The notes below the pieces were generated by a model. It did no database searches. It saw only the letters and a program-made list of their open reading frames with translations, and was not told where the DNA came from. A program made the position numbers and the translations under genes. DNA of 64,000 nt from Eledone cirrhosa (taxonomy: Eukaryota), in the NCBI GenBank assembly GCA_964016885.1, contig OZ024740.1, positions 164,858,001 through 164,922,000 of the forward strand, given 5' to 3'. Every line of letters begins with the position of its first letter. Positions within the stretch are counted from its first letter, which is position 1. This document shows, piece by piece, positions 42,696-54,750 of the stretch.

Positions 42696-42942
42696 ATAAA
42701 TATGGTTTTATAAAGATAGATTCCATTTATTAATATTATTGATATTATACTCCAGAAGAATCTGTTATAAATTAATCAACAAATTAAATAACTCACTGCT
42801 TAAATATAGTTATATATATATATATATATATATATGAATCTCAAGTATATTTGCGACGATACAGACTCACCTGAGCCTCCTACATATAAGTGCACATACA
42901 TATATGTATAGACGCACCTATGCATGCATATATATATGTACA

Positions 42943-43014
<72 letters not shown>

Positions 43015-43118
43015 AATTTGTATATAAGTAAAAACGAGATATATTGTACAGGAATTGAAACCATGAACATTTTCGCTCAATTCCTCATTTCTATTTGAAT
43101 ATATATCCGTACTAACGA

Positions 43119-43182
<64 letters not shown>

Positions 43183-43362
43183 ATCTATCTCTCTCTGTCT
43201 CTCTTTTTCTCTCTCTCTCTTTGTCACTTCCTCAGTCACTCCTTACTCCCCCACTGGCACACATTCTTTTTTCCAAAATGGCTGACTAAATACACACATG
43301 CTTTTTCCGGTCTTTCTTTCTTTCACTTTCTATATTTCTATTTCTTCTTTGATTTCCAATTC

Positions 43363-43398
43363 TATTCTGAGGAAGGACTAGTTTCCGAAACGTAAATA
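43363..43398 (+). ncRNA. Minimal type I hammerhead ribozyme (PLE-type)
   Basis: UAUU-CUGAGGA-A-GG-ACUAGUUU-CC-GAAA-C-GUA-AAUA. Canonical core, GUA triplet, stem III reduced to palindromic ACGU. Confidence 0.7.
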
Positions 43399-43619
43399 CT
43401 CATTTCCTGCTATACAAGCGTTAAATAAATATATACTTCACCGTTGTATCGTGTCGTTTGCTTTGTTGTCTCCTTTTAATTTTTGCAAACACACACACAT
43501 ATGCGCACTCACACACTCATACGCACACCCACACACATACGCACACGCCCCCATATCTCTCTCTCTCTCTCTCTCTCACTCTCTCTCTCTCTCTCTCTCT
43601 CTCGCTCGCTCGCTCGCTT

Positions 43620-43707
<88 letters not shown>

Positions 43708-43729
43708 GTGCGTGTGTGCGTGCGTATTT

Positions 43730-45275
43730 ATGCAAAAGACAAACACAAATAACAGGAAACGACACAGTGAAATATAGAAATATATTCTAGTTTACGCTTG
43801 ACATATCAAGAAAAAAAGTTTTAATTTAGCATGTGTGACGGTGGACTAGGTAGGGATGATAGTGGCTAGTGGTATATAAGTTGGTGCGAGCGTATGTATG
43901 CAAGATTAAAGAAATTGGGGTGGGGAGTTGAGTTCTTTAAGGAAACTGGAACCAAGGCTGAACATCAGGCGCCTCTCAGTCCTGGTGCGCGAGGCCAGTG
44001 TACCGTGATATCAAAGGACACCAAGGATTGAAATATGTAGGAAGGAGTGACACTGGGAAAGAAATGACGAGCGACGGGGCCAAGTCGTATGCTCCTCAAG
44101 TGTTCAACGAAACGGTCCGTCAGACGGCGGCCTGTTTGTCTGATGCAGAACACTATGTGGCTGGTTGTGTAGATGAAGGAATGGTGCATATGGAAAGAAC
44201 TCTTAGTGTATTTGAGAGCGGTGAGGTTAGAAATGAAGGGTTTGGTTTACCTGGGGGTGATTACGGGCGTGCTTAAAAGCTGTGATGGGGTGGTTGGGAA
44301 AAATCGAGAAGCGAAAAGGAGAATATGTTCCGGAAAGATAGGGTAAAGAGGTGATAGGTGAAGAAAAAAGGAAGGTTGGTGTTTGGAAGGCAGTGGTGGG
44401 ATGAGTGGGCTATGTAAAGGGTGGTTTCACGGGCGCAGATGAAGGCAGCTTGGATCAGTGTGGGGGAATAACCACGCTGGATGAAGTAGGAGTCCATGTG
44501 TAGGGACTGGGTCTTGAAATCCTGCTCCTGGCTACTGAGCCGACGAAGACGGAGGAATTGTGAGTAGGGTATGGAGAATTCGGTGCGGGTGGGATGGAAA
44601 AGGAGCTGACGTCGAGATAGGAGTGGGAATCAGTGGGCTTATATTAGATGGATGTAGAGATTGTGTGGTGAGTGTGGTCGATAGACAGTGAGATATCGAG
44701 ACATTGAACTAAACAGTTGGTGAAGGCGAGGGCAGGATGAAAAGACTGGACAAAGTAAGAAAAGATTCATTGTTCATGGGAGAGAGATGTGGCGACGATA
44801 CAATCGTCGATGTAACGACCGTATAGCACATATATCGGACCAGTGTAGTGGATCAAGATCAAGCCCTCAACGTATCCAACGTATAAGTTCCAATAGTTAG
44901 GCACAATTCTAGTACCCATGGCTACCTCAGAGAACTGCTGATAAAACTCTCCGGAAAAGGAAATAAACAATGAGTGTGAAACGCGCTTAAAAAGGCGAAG
45001 AAAAGTAGATGTGCTTGGGTAGGGCTTAGAGCGTAAGTCTAAAATTCATGACGACGACGGTAGAGATGGAGTTAATGTACATGGTAAAGAGAAGACGAGA
45101 GGAGTCAGAAAGGAAGGGGAGGGTGTTAAAATGTTGAAGGGCATGATTAGTGGCATGGATGTGAGAGGTTACTTCGGTCACTTCAGCTACAATTGGGGCG
45201 TGGTGGGTGTCAATATATTGGGAGATTATTGCGTTTGGGCAGTTAGAGGCGGAAACAATAGGGTGGTCGGGATTA
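43730..45275 (-). mobile_element. Degraded PLE (RT + GIY-YIG + 3' pLTR)
   Basis: PIVSASNCP; FYQQFSEVAMGTRIVPNY.NLYVG; YGRYIDD; KPTDSHSYLD; IPYSQFLRLRRL; YFIQRGY; TGRRLTDRFVEHLRSI..PVARHF. Confidence 0.9.
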
Positions 45276-45433
45276 TATATATATATATGCATATAATATG
45301 ATATAATATGATATAATATAATAAAAGATATACCTAGTGGGATGTGAGAGAGAGAGTGAGCTCGAGAAAAAGCGGGAGACAGAGAGGGGGATGTAGCTAG
45401 TAAGTGCGAGGAATTATTTTATAGAATATATCT

Positions 45434-45464
<31 letters not shown>

Positions 45465-45814
45465 AGGGGGAGAGAGGGAGAGAGAGATGTTTGTATGTAT
45501 AAATAGATAGATAGACTAAAATATACATAAATAATAAATAGATAGATAGATAGATAGATAAGTTTCTATTTATTTGCCACGAAGGCACAAAAGAAGGGGA
45601 CAAATACAGTGGGGGGGGGGGGGGGGGTTACATAAAGGAACGAGTAAAAAAAGCAAATAACGAATATAAAATTAACAATACAGTCCTCAATAGGGAGGAG
45701 GCGTTTTGGGGGCTACACACACCCCCGAAAAAGTGTGCAACCCTTTTCCTTAGGAGCACAGAGAGGGGGTGCTCCTTTGAACTTCCACCTTTCCACCTAC
45801 AGGCTGATAAAGAG

Positions 45815-48800
45815 AGAAGGCCCATTCACACGGGCCATTCTCGCTACTTTCACCCACCTTTCATAAAATTTGCTGGGCGTAGAGCACATCTCTCTCCATT
45901 CTGATCCTTCTCTTAAAATGGTATTTAAAGAAAAGGACCAGTTGTTGGCCGGAGAGAAAGGTAACCGATCTCAGCCCTTTCAAACGTGTCCACCATACCA
46001 CCTCTTTCACCATAGCTATTACACAGAGGAAGACCGCCTCTCCTTCATTTTTGAAGGGAGGAGGCGGCTTGATCGTTACAATGGACTCGGTGGTCAACCG
46101 GATTGGTCCCACCCGTGACAGCAGTCGTTCGACATAGCCCCACAGATCGGCAACGCCCGAGTAGTGTACCAATGCGTGCGGAACGGTTTCCTCGTCGCGC
46201 ACGCATCTGGGACAGATCTTTTCGAGGGGTCCCTACCCGGGCGCCGCGTCTGTAGAGCTTTTCTCGAACGGGCAGCACCCCTCGGTAGCACTGTCCATAG
46301 GTCCCGGGCAAAATGTCCTCTTGAATAGGCTGGCCAGTTCGTCTTCTTCTATGCCTAGGGGTTGTCCGAGGGCGTCGTCGCATCTACTAACCACCAGCCT
46401 TCTATAGAATGACGAGGTGGAGTCTCCACAGATAGCCAGGTCCGCCTACCAGAGAGCCGTGAGCACCTGGGCACACTCGGTGTGCCAGGCGCCCAAATTT
46501 CTCGGTCTTTGCTTGACCCAGGACTGCAGCTCGGTGAGCGAGACGAGTCTCGGAAAGGCTCGCCTCTCAAACGGGGCCCACACCGGTTGACTGGTGAGGA
46601 ATACCTGGAGGTGAGGTAGCCTTAATGCGTGTTTACGCATCAGCAGCCACAGCAACCCCAGCTCTCATTTCGAAGGGTGTTGACAGCAGATGGATCTCCT
46701 CACCAAAGGAGCCCGCTTCTTCCAAAGGAATTGGAATAGTGCGCGCTCCATTTTGGTGAGTGTTTCGCTTGGACAAGGCACGACGGTCAGGCGGTAATAG
46801 ATGACGGACGTTATATAAGAGTACGCCACCTCCGCCCCACATTTCAGGGATAGTTTGCACTCAGCCCACTTCTGCGTCAGCGCAAACACCCTATTCGATA
46901 CCTCACCCCAGTTCTTCTCCACCTGGAGGTCTGGCCCGAACCAGACCCCTAGCAACTTCACCGGGCCCTCCGTCCAACGTCTGACGACGCCGTTCGAGGC
47001 CATCTATTTTCCCCTCCACTCGCCGAGTTGCAAACCGACTGACTTGTCCCGGTTCAGCTTAGCCCCTGAAAACTTTTCGTATTCCTCCAGTAAGGTGCCG
47101 ATCACCCCGATTTCCGAGGCGGTTGAACCATTACTGTCACGTCATCGGCGTAGGCCGACACCGCTTTCCGCAATCCCGGTTCCAAAGGGACGCCCTGTAA
47201 CAACACCAACGCAGCAGTGGCTCTAGGGCCAATACATACAGAAGGGATGAGAGAGGGCATCCCTGTCGGATGGACCGCGTGATTTCAAATGGCTCCGAGA
47301 GGTAGCCGTTCACCTTGACCCTAGAGCAGATGCGACTGCTGTGCATGGCAGTGATCCAGCCCCTGAAAATGGGTCCGAAACCTGCCGCCACTAGCACCGC
47401 ATCCAGGTAACGATGGTCGACCCTATCGAACGCCTTAGATTGATCCAAGTTGATCAGGGCCCCACCAAAGCCGGGTTCGTTCCCAATCCTCTCTATGATG
47501 TATCGCATGAGATGGATGTTGTCGTGAATGGACCTAGACGAGATGGCGCATGTCTGCGCATCTCCCACCAGGTTGCCCACGACAAGCGCCAAACTATTTG
47601 CTAACACCTTGGCCAAAATCTTTAACTCTGCATTTAGCAGAGTTATTGGCCTAAAATTACTTATTTCATCCCGTCCTTGTTCTCGCCCTTCCTCACTAGC
47701 GAGACTACGCCCTTGGTCACAGAACAGGGAATTCTCCCGTTCTGTTGCCAGTTGCAGTAGACCGCCTCGAGGAGATCGACGAACAAGTCCGGCATACTTA
47801 AATACCGTTCGTATGGAAGACCATCGAGGCCCGGAGATTTGCGTCTGCCGCATTTGCTCAGCATGTCCCGTATTTCAGCAGCTGAAATCGGCCTCTCGCA
47901 AGACTTCGCCTCCTCGTCCAAAAGACGCGGCAGACCGTCGAGGTATGGCCCGAAGACCTCATCCCTATCCGGCCTCTCGCCCCTTCCGAACAATCGGGCA
48001 AAGTGCCTTTGAAAGGCCTCGCACATTGCTTAGGTTCAAGGATCACCCGTCCATCCTGGTCGCGCCAAGACCGGATAGTGGATCTAATCCCACTTTTGGC
48101 TTCTGTCACGCGGGCGCAGTTAACAGCTTTGGTCCCCACGTTTCCCAGCACGTATTTTGCTTCGGACAACGCAGCCTTCGCGTTTCGCGTCGAAGAACTG
48201 GCACAAGACCGTTCTCGACGCTGGCACTCCGGCTACGTCGCCGCTTCTAATTGCCTCTTCTACATTATCTACCAACTCCCTTTCCTTCCTATTTCTATCT
48301 GAGGCTAACTCCTTACTAACTCCTATTGAAGCTATTCTAATCTCTCTTTTGAGGGAGCCCCACCACCCGCTGTTGACGATGGCGCCCGTCAACCGCTCCT
48401 TAACTAAAGTACTAATCCGGTCCCTGTAAGCTTTACTTGCCGGTAAGGACAAGTTGAGCTTCCAGTAGCCGGGTCCCTGTCTATGCGTGCTATCAAGGTT
48501 GAACATGGAGGTCACTAACTTGTGGTCTGAATAGCTAACCATGAGCATTTCTGGACAAGTTAAAAAGTCCCTATCCTTATTTCTAATTAATAACCTATCT
48601 AGGTACGATCTAGATTGACCGCTAAGGTTTGTCCAAGTCCAGGTTGGCACAGTCGGAAAATCTAGTCCATATCTATCGGCAGCTCGAATCGGCCGATTAA
48701 CCTCTTGAGGCTGTTACAACCCCTCTATCAGGACATGCCCCTACATAGTCCCAACGTGCATATAGAATACCATTCCAGTCCCCCACTAAAAGCAAGGAGA

Positions 48801-49187
48801 GAAAAGTCTCCAGACGTTGGAAGAAGTCCGGCCGCGCAGACCCAAAAGGGGCGTAGGCGGTGACGAGCCTAAAGGCTCCGCCTTCACCACTGCCAATGTC
48901 TAAAACCACCAGTCGATCCTCCGGCTCCAGGTGTACCGTCTGTGTTGTGAGACCCAGATGTTTTTGCAGCAGAGCGACAACCCCACTCCCACCTCCGGGT
49001 TGACAGAGAGATGCGTGCATCTCAAAGTCGTCAAAGGTGGGGGCTAGTTGGCCCACGCTGATGATCCGGGCCTCGCAAATGACCATCACATTTATACAGC
49101 GTGACTTGAGGTCATTTAGAAGTTTTGCTTGCTTCCAATATGAGCCCAGGCCATGCGCATTTAGACAAGACACTCTCAAACAGCCAT
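45815..49187 (-). pseudogene. Tx1 #2 ORF2 (APE + RT), frameshifted
   Basis: LRVSCLNAHGL; LVGDWN; SYLDRL; YSDH; GYWKLN; KSPGLDGLPYE; NFRPITLLN; LDQSKAFDRVDH; IRQGCPLS; AYADDV; ETVPHAL. Confidence 0.93.
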
Positions 49188-51128
49188 GTTCGTGGTAAAG
49201 AGAAAAAGGAGGCACCTACCTCTCTGCGTCCCGGAGACCAGGCTGCACAATTTCCATGGGGGGGGGGGGGCTTGTGGTGGTGTTGGGACATCTGAGTGTG
49301 GTGGGGTTGGGGTGTTTGGTGTGGTGTGGGTGTCTGAGGCGGGGATGGGGAAATGTTTCAAGAGGACTCGATTCATTGGTTTTACACAGGGGGTGGGGAC
49401 GTCCTCAGGAAAATTGTCTTTTAGTTCTATATAAATGTCTATCGGAGTTTTAATCATTTTTAAAGAGGGGTTCTCTGTGGCCCTCGTGAAATTTGGCCCG
49501 TCGGTTTGTACCGAACGGTTTTGTTCAATTTTGTTTACAAGTTTTATATTTTTTGTGTTGAAGTATGTGTATAGCTGTGTCTGTGTAATTTTTGTTGGTT
49601 TTTGTTCTGTATTTTTTATACTTTTGTTTTGGGGAGGGGCTATTTTCCTTTGTGTGGGTGCGGTGTGTTTTCTTTTTTTTCGCTTTATTTTTTGGAACGG
49701 TTCCCCCTTCTCTTCTGACGTTAAGGGATCCTCTTCCATGTTGGAGAGGAGGGGTATATTTGGGCGTTTTGTTATGTATGTTGTTGGAGTTGTTTTAGGT
49801 GGGGAGGGGTTGGGTGGGACCGTGTTCAGTTTTTTGTTAACTTGTTTTGTTTGTTGTTTTGGGGGTGGTGGTGGTGGTGGTGATTGTGTTTTTGTTTGTG
49901 GAGTTGTTATGGGTGTGGAGGGGTTGCGTGGGTCCATGTTCAGTTTTTTGTTGACTTGTGTTTTTTGTTGTTGTTGTGGTGGTGGTGGTGTTGTTTTTGG
50001 AGGTGTTGGCAGTAAGGGTATTTTAGTTTGTTGAGGACAGGCAGCACTCAGGTGACCTCTGCCCCCACAGAGGTAGCAAGCGGGCCGCCTACCCTCAACT
50101 GCAATGTTCATAAATCGGGAGCCTTCCAGGGACACTTTTTGGGGTATTTTTGCGATACGTTCTGGTTTCATTCGAACCAGAACCTGTATGCCTATACCGC
50201 CAAAGTGACCCCTGGTGGCTTTGCCTATATCAAGGAGTTCATCTTCGTCGTCCAGTATCCCTCCTAGTATCCACCACATTTTTGTATTTGGGTGTATACC
50301 GGTGATTGTTATTTTTTTTAGTTTTCTTCCCGATGTAGGTGGGGAAGAAAGTGTACTATTTGGACACAATTGGCGACACCGAGTATTTTTGGGCCACCAA
50401 TTGGTCCTTCATCAAAATTATCAGACTCCCATATAACTTCCCTCTCTCAATAAAAATCATGTCCTTCAACGCGTCTTTTAACACCAGCTCAATTTCGCTA
50501 TGCGATAATTGAGCTGGTTTTTTCGACGCATCTGATATAGTTCTAAAATTAATTGTCCTTAGGACCGTGTCTCTTTTAATATCCTTAGGGGAGATTATGG
50601 TAAATTCACTGTTTTCACCAAAGCTCACCTGTTTTCTCCCCTCTTTTAGCAATTCCGCTGCAATACTGATGTCAACTGGGGTGAAAGGTTCGCTCTCCTT
50701 AACGACCTGGGCAAAGGATATTCGTGTAGTGGGGTCCTTTTTTGTGTTTCCTTGCTGTTGTTCTTGTTTTCTCGGGTGTTTGCATTTTGGTTGTTGTCGT
50801 TTGCGGTACAGTTTTTTGGGTTTTCACCCATTTTTTCGGGTTTTGAGTTCAGATTTATGTTGTTTTCTTTGTCATTGTTGCTGCTGTGTGTGTTTGTGTT
50901 ATTTTCTTTGTTATTTGTGTTGGTGTTGTTAGTGTCAGTGTAATTTATACAATCTTTCAATTTGGTGTTTCCATTGTTTGGGTTATTATCCAAGTATTTA
51001 CAATTGTTCGCCAAATCCACTTCCATACTCGCATGCGAAAGCGAGAGAAGGGAAGCTTCAGTAGGTTGAGTTACTTGTTGCTCTTTATCACTTTCCATGG
51101 GGGGGGGGCGTGACAGTTGTGTTTTCAT
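49176..51128 (-). pseudogene. Tx1 #2 ORF1 (zinc knuckle), frameshifted
   Basis: IAVEGRRPACYLCGGRGHLSAAC; internal duplication (K..VNKKLN..P.NPS twice); FQKIKRKKRK. Confidence 0.85.
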
Positions 51129-51335
51129 GTATGGTGTCCATTATCGTAAGTTGGTATACAAATTTTCAAAGTAGTTTCTACCCCCAAAAAGGGGTAAAAA
51201 TAAAATAACCACCCGTCTGCAAGTCCAAGCGGGAGGTTAGGTCACACAAATAAAGCAAATAAAAAATAAACTCAGTCAAAAACGTAATACAAATCCAAGA
51301 GGCTGCAGCCGAAGTAACACACGTCTACTATCACC

Positions 51336-51367
<32 letters not shown>

Positions 51368-54300
51368 TGTCTATATACCAGTCCGGATGTGTCTCAATTC
51401 GACACAATAAATCAGTATTTACTACATTGTCTAAATTGTTCATTTAGCTTTTAACGCACGGGAAATAATAATAAATCTAGATATGTAATCTTGTTTAATG
51501 TATCTAGAGCTATTTTCGTCTCCTACGGGATCTGATGATGATTATGGCGTGGAAAGAGTCAGCGTTCTTATGAAATCTTATCAATGTAATGATATTAAAA
51601 TATTGATGTTAAAGCTTAACATTTAATATTTATACTGATTATGATATCACAGAAATAACTAAATTGATATTGTAATAGGTTCTTTTGTGTCACGAGAAGA
51701 CTGTTAGCGATGAAAAACAATTCTGTTTTCAATGAAGTAGTTTATATGAAGCAGGCAATCTAAACTAAGGCATCTAAAATTAAAAGCATTTTAACCATAG
51801 CCAATTCAGTTTTTAAGGATTTATAAGTTTACATTATCCAATATAATTTCCTTATTTAAGATTATAGGATTTAATTTAAAGTATTTTCGTTTGTTATTTC
51901 CAAGCAGATAAAACAACCACTTGGACTATTTTTCACAAGTGGATAGCGTAATGTTTCATTGTATCAAACACACATTCGCAGAGTCTAAACATCGAATAAT
52001 CCGCCGTCACATTGTTGAAGAACTTAATGAATCAAACAAGAAGAAGTTCAAACAGTTCTGAAGAAATTCTGAAGAAACCCTGAAGAAATCTTTAAAAGAT
52101 TTTGTATAGAAGTAGGCATTATTTTGCGTTGGTAATTTTAACTGCGGATTATTTTCAGTATGTTCGTAATGTTTATATGGGAAAAAGTCTAAAGTGATCC
52201 AATCAGTTGTCAGCAACATTAGTCTATCGGATTTATCAAATCTTAAACAGTTACAAAGTGTTCATTGTACAAATATTTTGTGCAGGAAATTCAGCTTCTC
52301 ACATAACCGAAATGCAGTAGACCACCTTCCATTTAATTTCCGAATATTTACCGATTGTAAAAGAACTAAAGAAATAAAACAGAACCTGATTAGAATTATG
52401 AATCATAGCTCTTGACATTGAAGATAGAGGCAGGTACGACATATCTTGCGGTTAAAAGTTTATGCGAGAAATTAATTATGGGATTGTAAAGAAACATTCA
52501 TGTTACATTTGTGAATGTATCCTTCTCATAACAGTTGCCGATCCAAAGCCTAATGTTGCTAATTATTTGAGTGTTTGAATTCTCTAGTTGCACCACCAAA
52601 TTCAACAAGTGAGATTCATCTTGTGGTAACCAGTTTGAATAAAAACTTTGATCGATTGAAAGTATGATTGGTCCACTTTGCATTGACATACAAATACAAT
52701 TTCTATTCAAAATCAAAAGTGTGGAACGGTGAAACTCACTCTGCGGTTAAAGATAAAATAAACTCTTTCATAACAAATATCTGATGTTGTTACGACGACT
52801 CATTTATGCTTAATAGATATTTTTTTTGTTAATTCTGACTTAAATGCTCAGTTAGCATAAACAAAGACACACATACGTCTAATAAGCAAATATATAATAT
52901 CAACTAATTGGTGTGTTATAAGTGATATTCATACAACTCTAAATATTTTTGAACTGAACAATCAATACTTGCCATCGTGATAATACTACAATTGTATCTA
53001 ATAACATTAATCCTGATTCTGATTCGATATATCCCAGGCCTTAATACATCTAGAACACTTATAAGCTTCATCTGCATAATTTGCTATTGCTGCTGGGAAA
53101 GCAAATATTTTTCTTTCATTTGTAGAAATATATTGAAAAATAACAGATTAACCGTGTTCAAGATTTTGTTGATGTATTTTCCAATATTGTACGTGTGTTA
53201 CCAACAAGGAAGAAGAAGAAAATAAAGAGAAAGAGAAAGAGAAAGAGAGAGGGACGGAACGAGAGGGAGGGAGAGAGAGGAAGATGTATAATTGTATATA
53301 TATATATATATATATATGTATGTAAATATATATATATAGAGAGAGAGAGGGCAGACTGCTGAAGCTAGAGAATGTATTACAATATCAAATCAATGTTATA
53401 ATAACGTGGGAAAGTAAAACAATTATCTCTTGAAAATACAACTGTTTCTTACATATACGGGAAATAAGAAGTTGTGAGAATTAGACTTCTGCTAATGACA
53501 ATCATGACGTCAACTAGACGTACTTCGATTTTGTGGAAACGAAAGAAAAATTCAACCAGTAGCGCTAGTTCGTTATGCAACAGTAATGACATTCTACAAA
53601 TTGACAACGAAGAAAAAAATAAATGATTCATTTATAGAAGAATTATGAATATAAAACGAAATAGATTATTTTATTGTCAAGCACAACAACAACAAACATT
53701 GCATTTGAAAGAACTGCCCAGAAGCAAGAAAACGCAAACGCATTATTGTCGTTCAGCCCCGGGCTAATACTGATTAAGAAACCCTATGATATGATCAAAC
53801 GCGTTCTAGCTGTAACTTTCACAACATTTCATACAAGGACTACCTTGATAATGTCTCCTCTTTTTAAAAAACGGTAGGTTAAGATTTGTAAACATTTCAA
53901 GAAGATCAGGTTTCTGTGTAGGTGTTTGCTTGAAGGCTTACAGCAAAACGCTGTTGTTAATTGAGAAGATCTGTAGTCAAAAGCTTTCCATCTCTGATTT
54001 ACTCATATTTTAGCTATATTCAGAGAAACCAGGAGCACATTATAAAACGTATTTGTTCTCAGAAAACGAGGAGTGGTTTCAGATATATATAGCTTATATA
54101 GTTTAAGCACGTCGAGCGACCGTGTACCTTGATGGCTCATCGCTAGAGGTGGTGGATCCCGGGGATATTGCTGTTCGGTTCTAAAATCACATTTCGCACC
54201 GAACCCTGAAATTAATCTTCCATTTTTCAGTGCATTAATTTTACTTTCCTAGCACTGGGAATTCAAAACGATTCCCCAACCCCGATAAAAAAAAACAACA

Positions 54301-54664
54301 ACAGACAATACATAAAATTGAAAAAATAAAATGAACCAGACAATTGCATGATGATGATGTTGATATATATAGTGGAACACAGTAGCTTCATTACCACTAA
54401 ATAATTCCAATCAGTATAAACATATTAATAAAACGACTTCATGCCATATAATTACAGGCCTCGCTCGCAATTGCATATGACTAGGTAATATGTTATATAC
54501 TTTCGCAAAGGGTTTTACTTGTCAATGTCCAGGCAAGCAAATAAAGCCCCTTTAAACTCTCCCTGGCTTCATCTAGGGGAATAGTCAGAATATAGCATCT
54601 GGAAAAAGAAAGGGCTGCATCAGCAATGGACAAGAACTATCTTACTAGACCGCAAAATATGACA

Positions 54665-54750
54665 GGCAATGTGGATCTCGGTGGGATTTGAACTCAGAAC
54701 GCAGACACAGATGTAATATCCAACACGTTAACGAATCTGCCAAATCGTTT
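54665..54750 (-). mobile_element. Degraded 5' part of SINE family A
   Basis: Reverse complement contains TTGGCAGATTCG and TTCTGAGTTCAAATCCCACCGAG. Confidence 0.65.

Larger units (their letters stand above)
45561..51335 (-). mobile_element. Apparently full-length Tx1-type element #2 inserted in (GATA)n
   Basis: GATA tracts on both sides (45541-45560 and 51336-51367); 3' end AATAAATAGAAACT followed by (TATC)n; homologous to Tx1 #1. Confidence 0.9.

Noticed and set aside
47528-50932. Plus-strand ORFs of up to 240 aa (and minus-strand ORFs at 16.3-20.5 kb)
   Set aside because: Antisense shadows of Tx1 ORFs.
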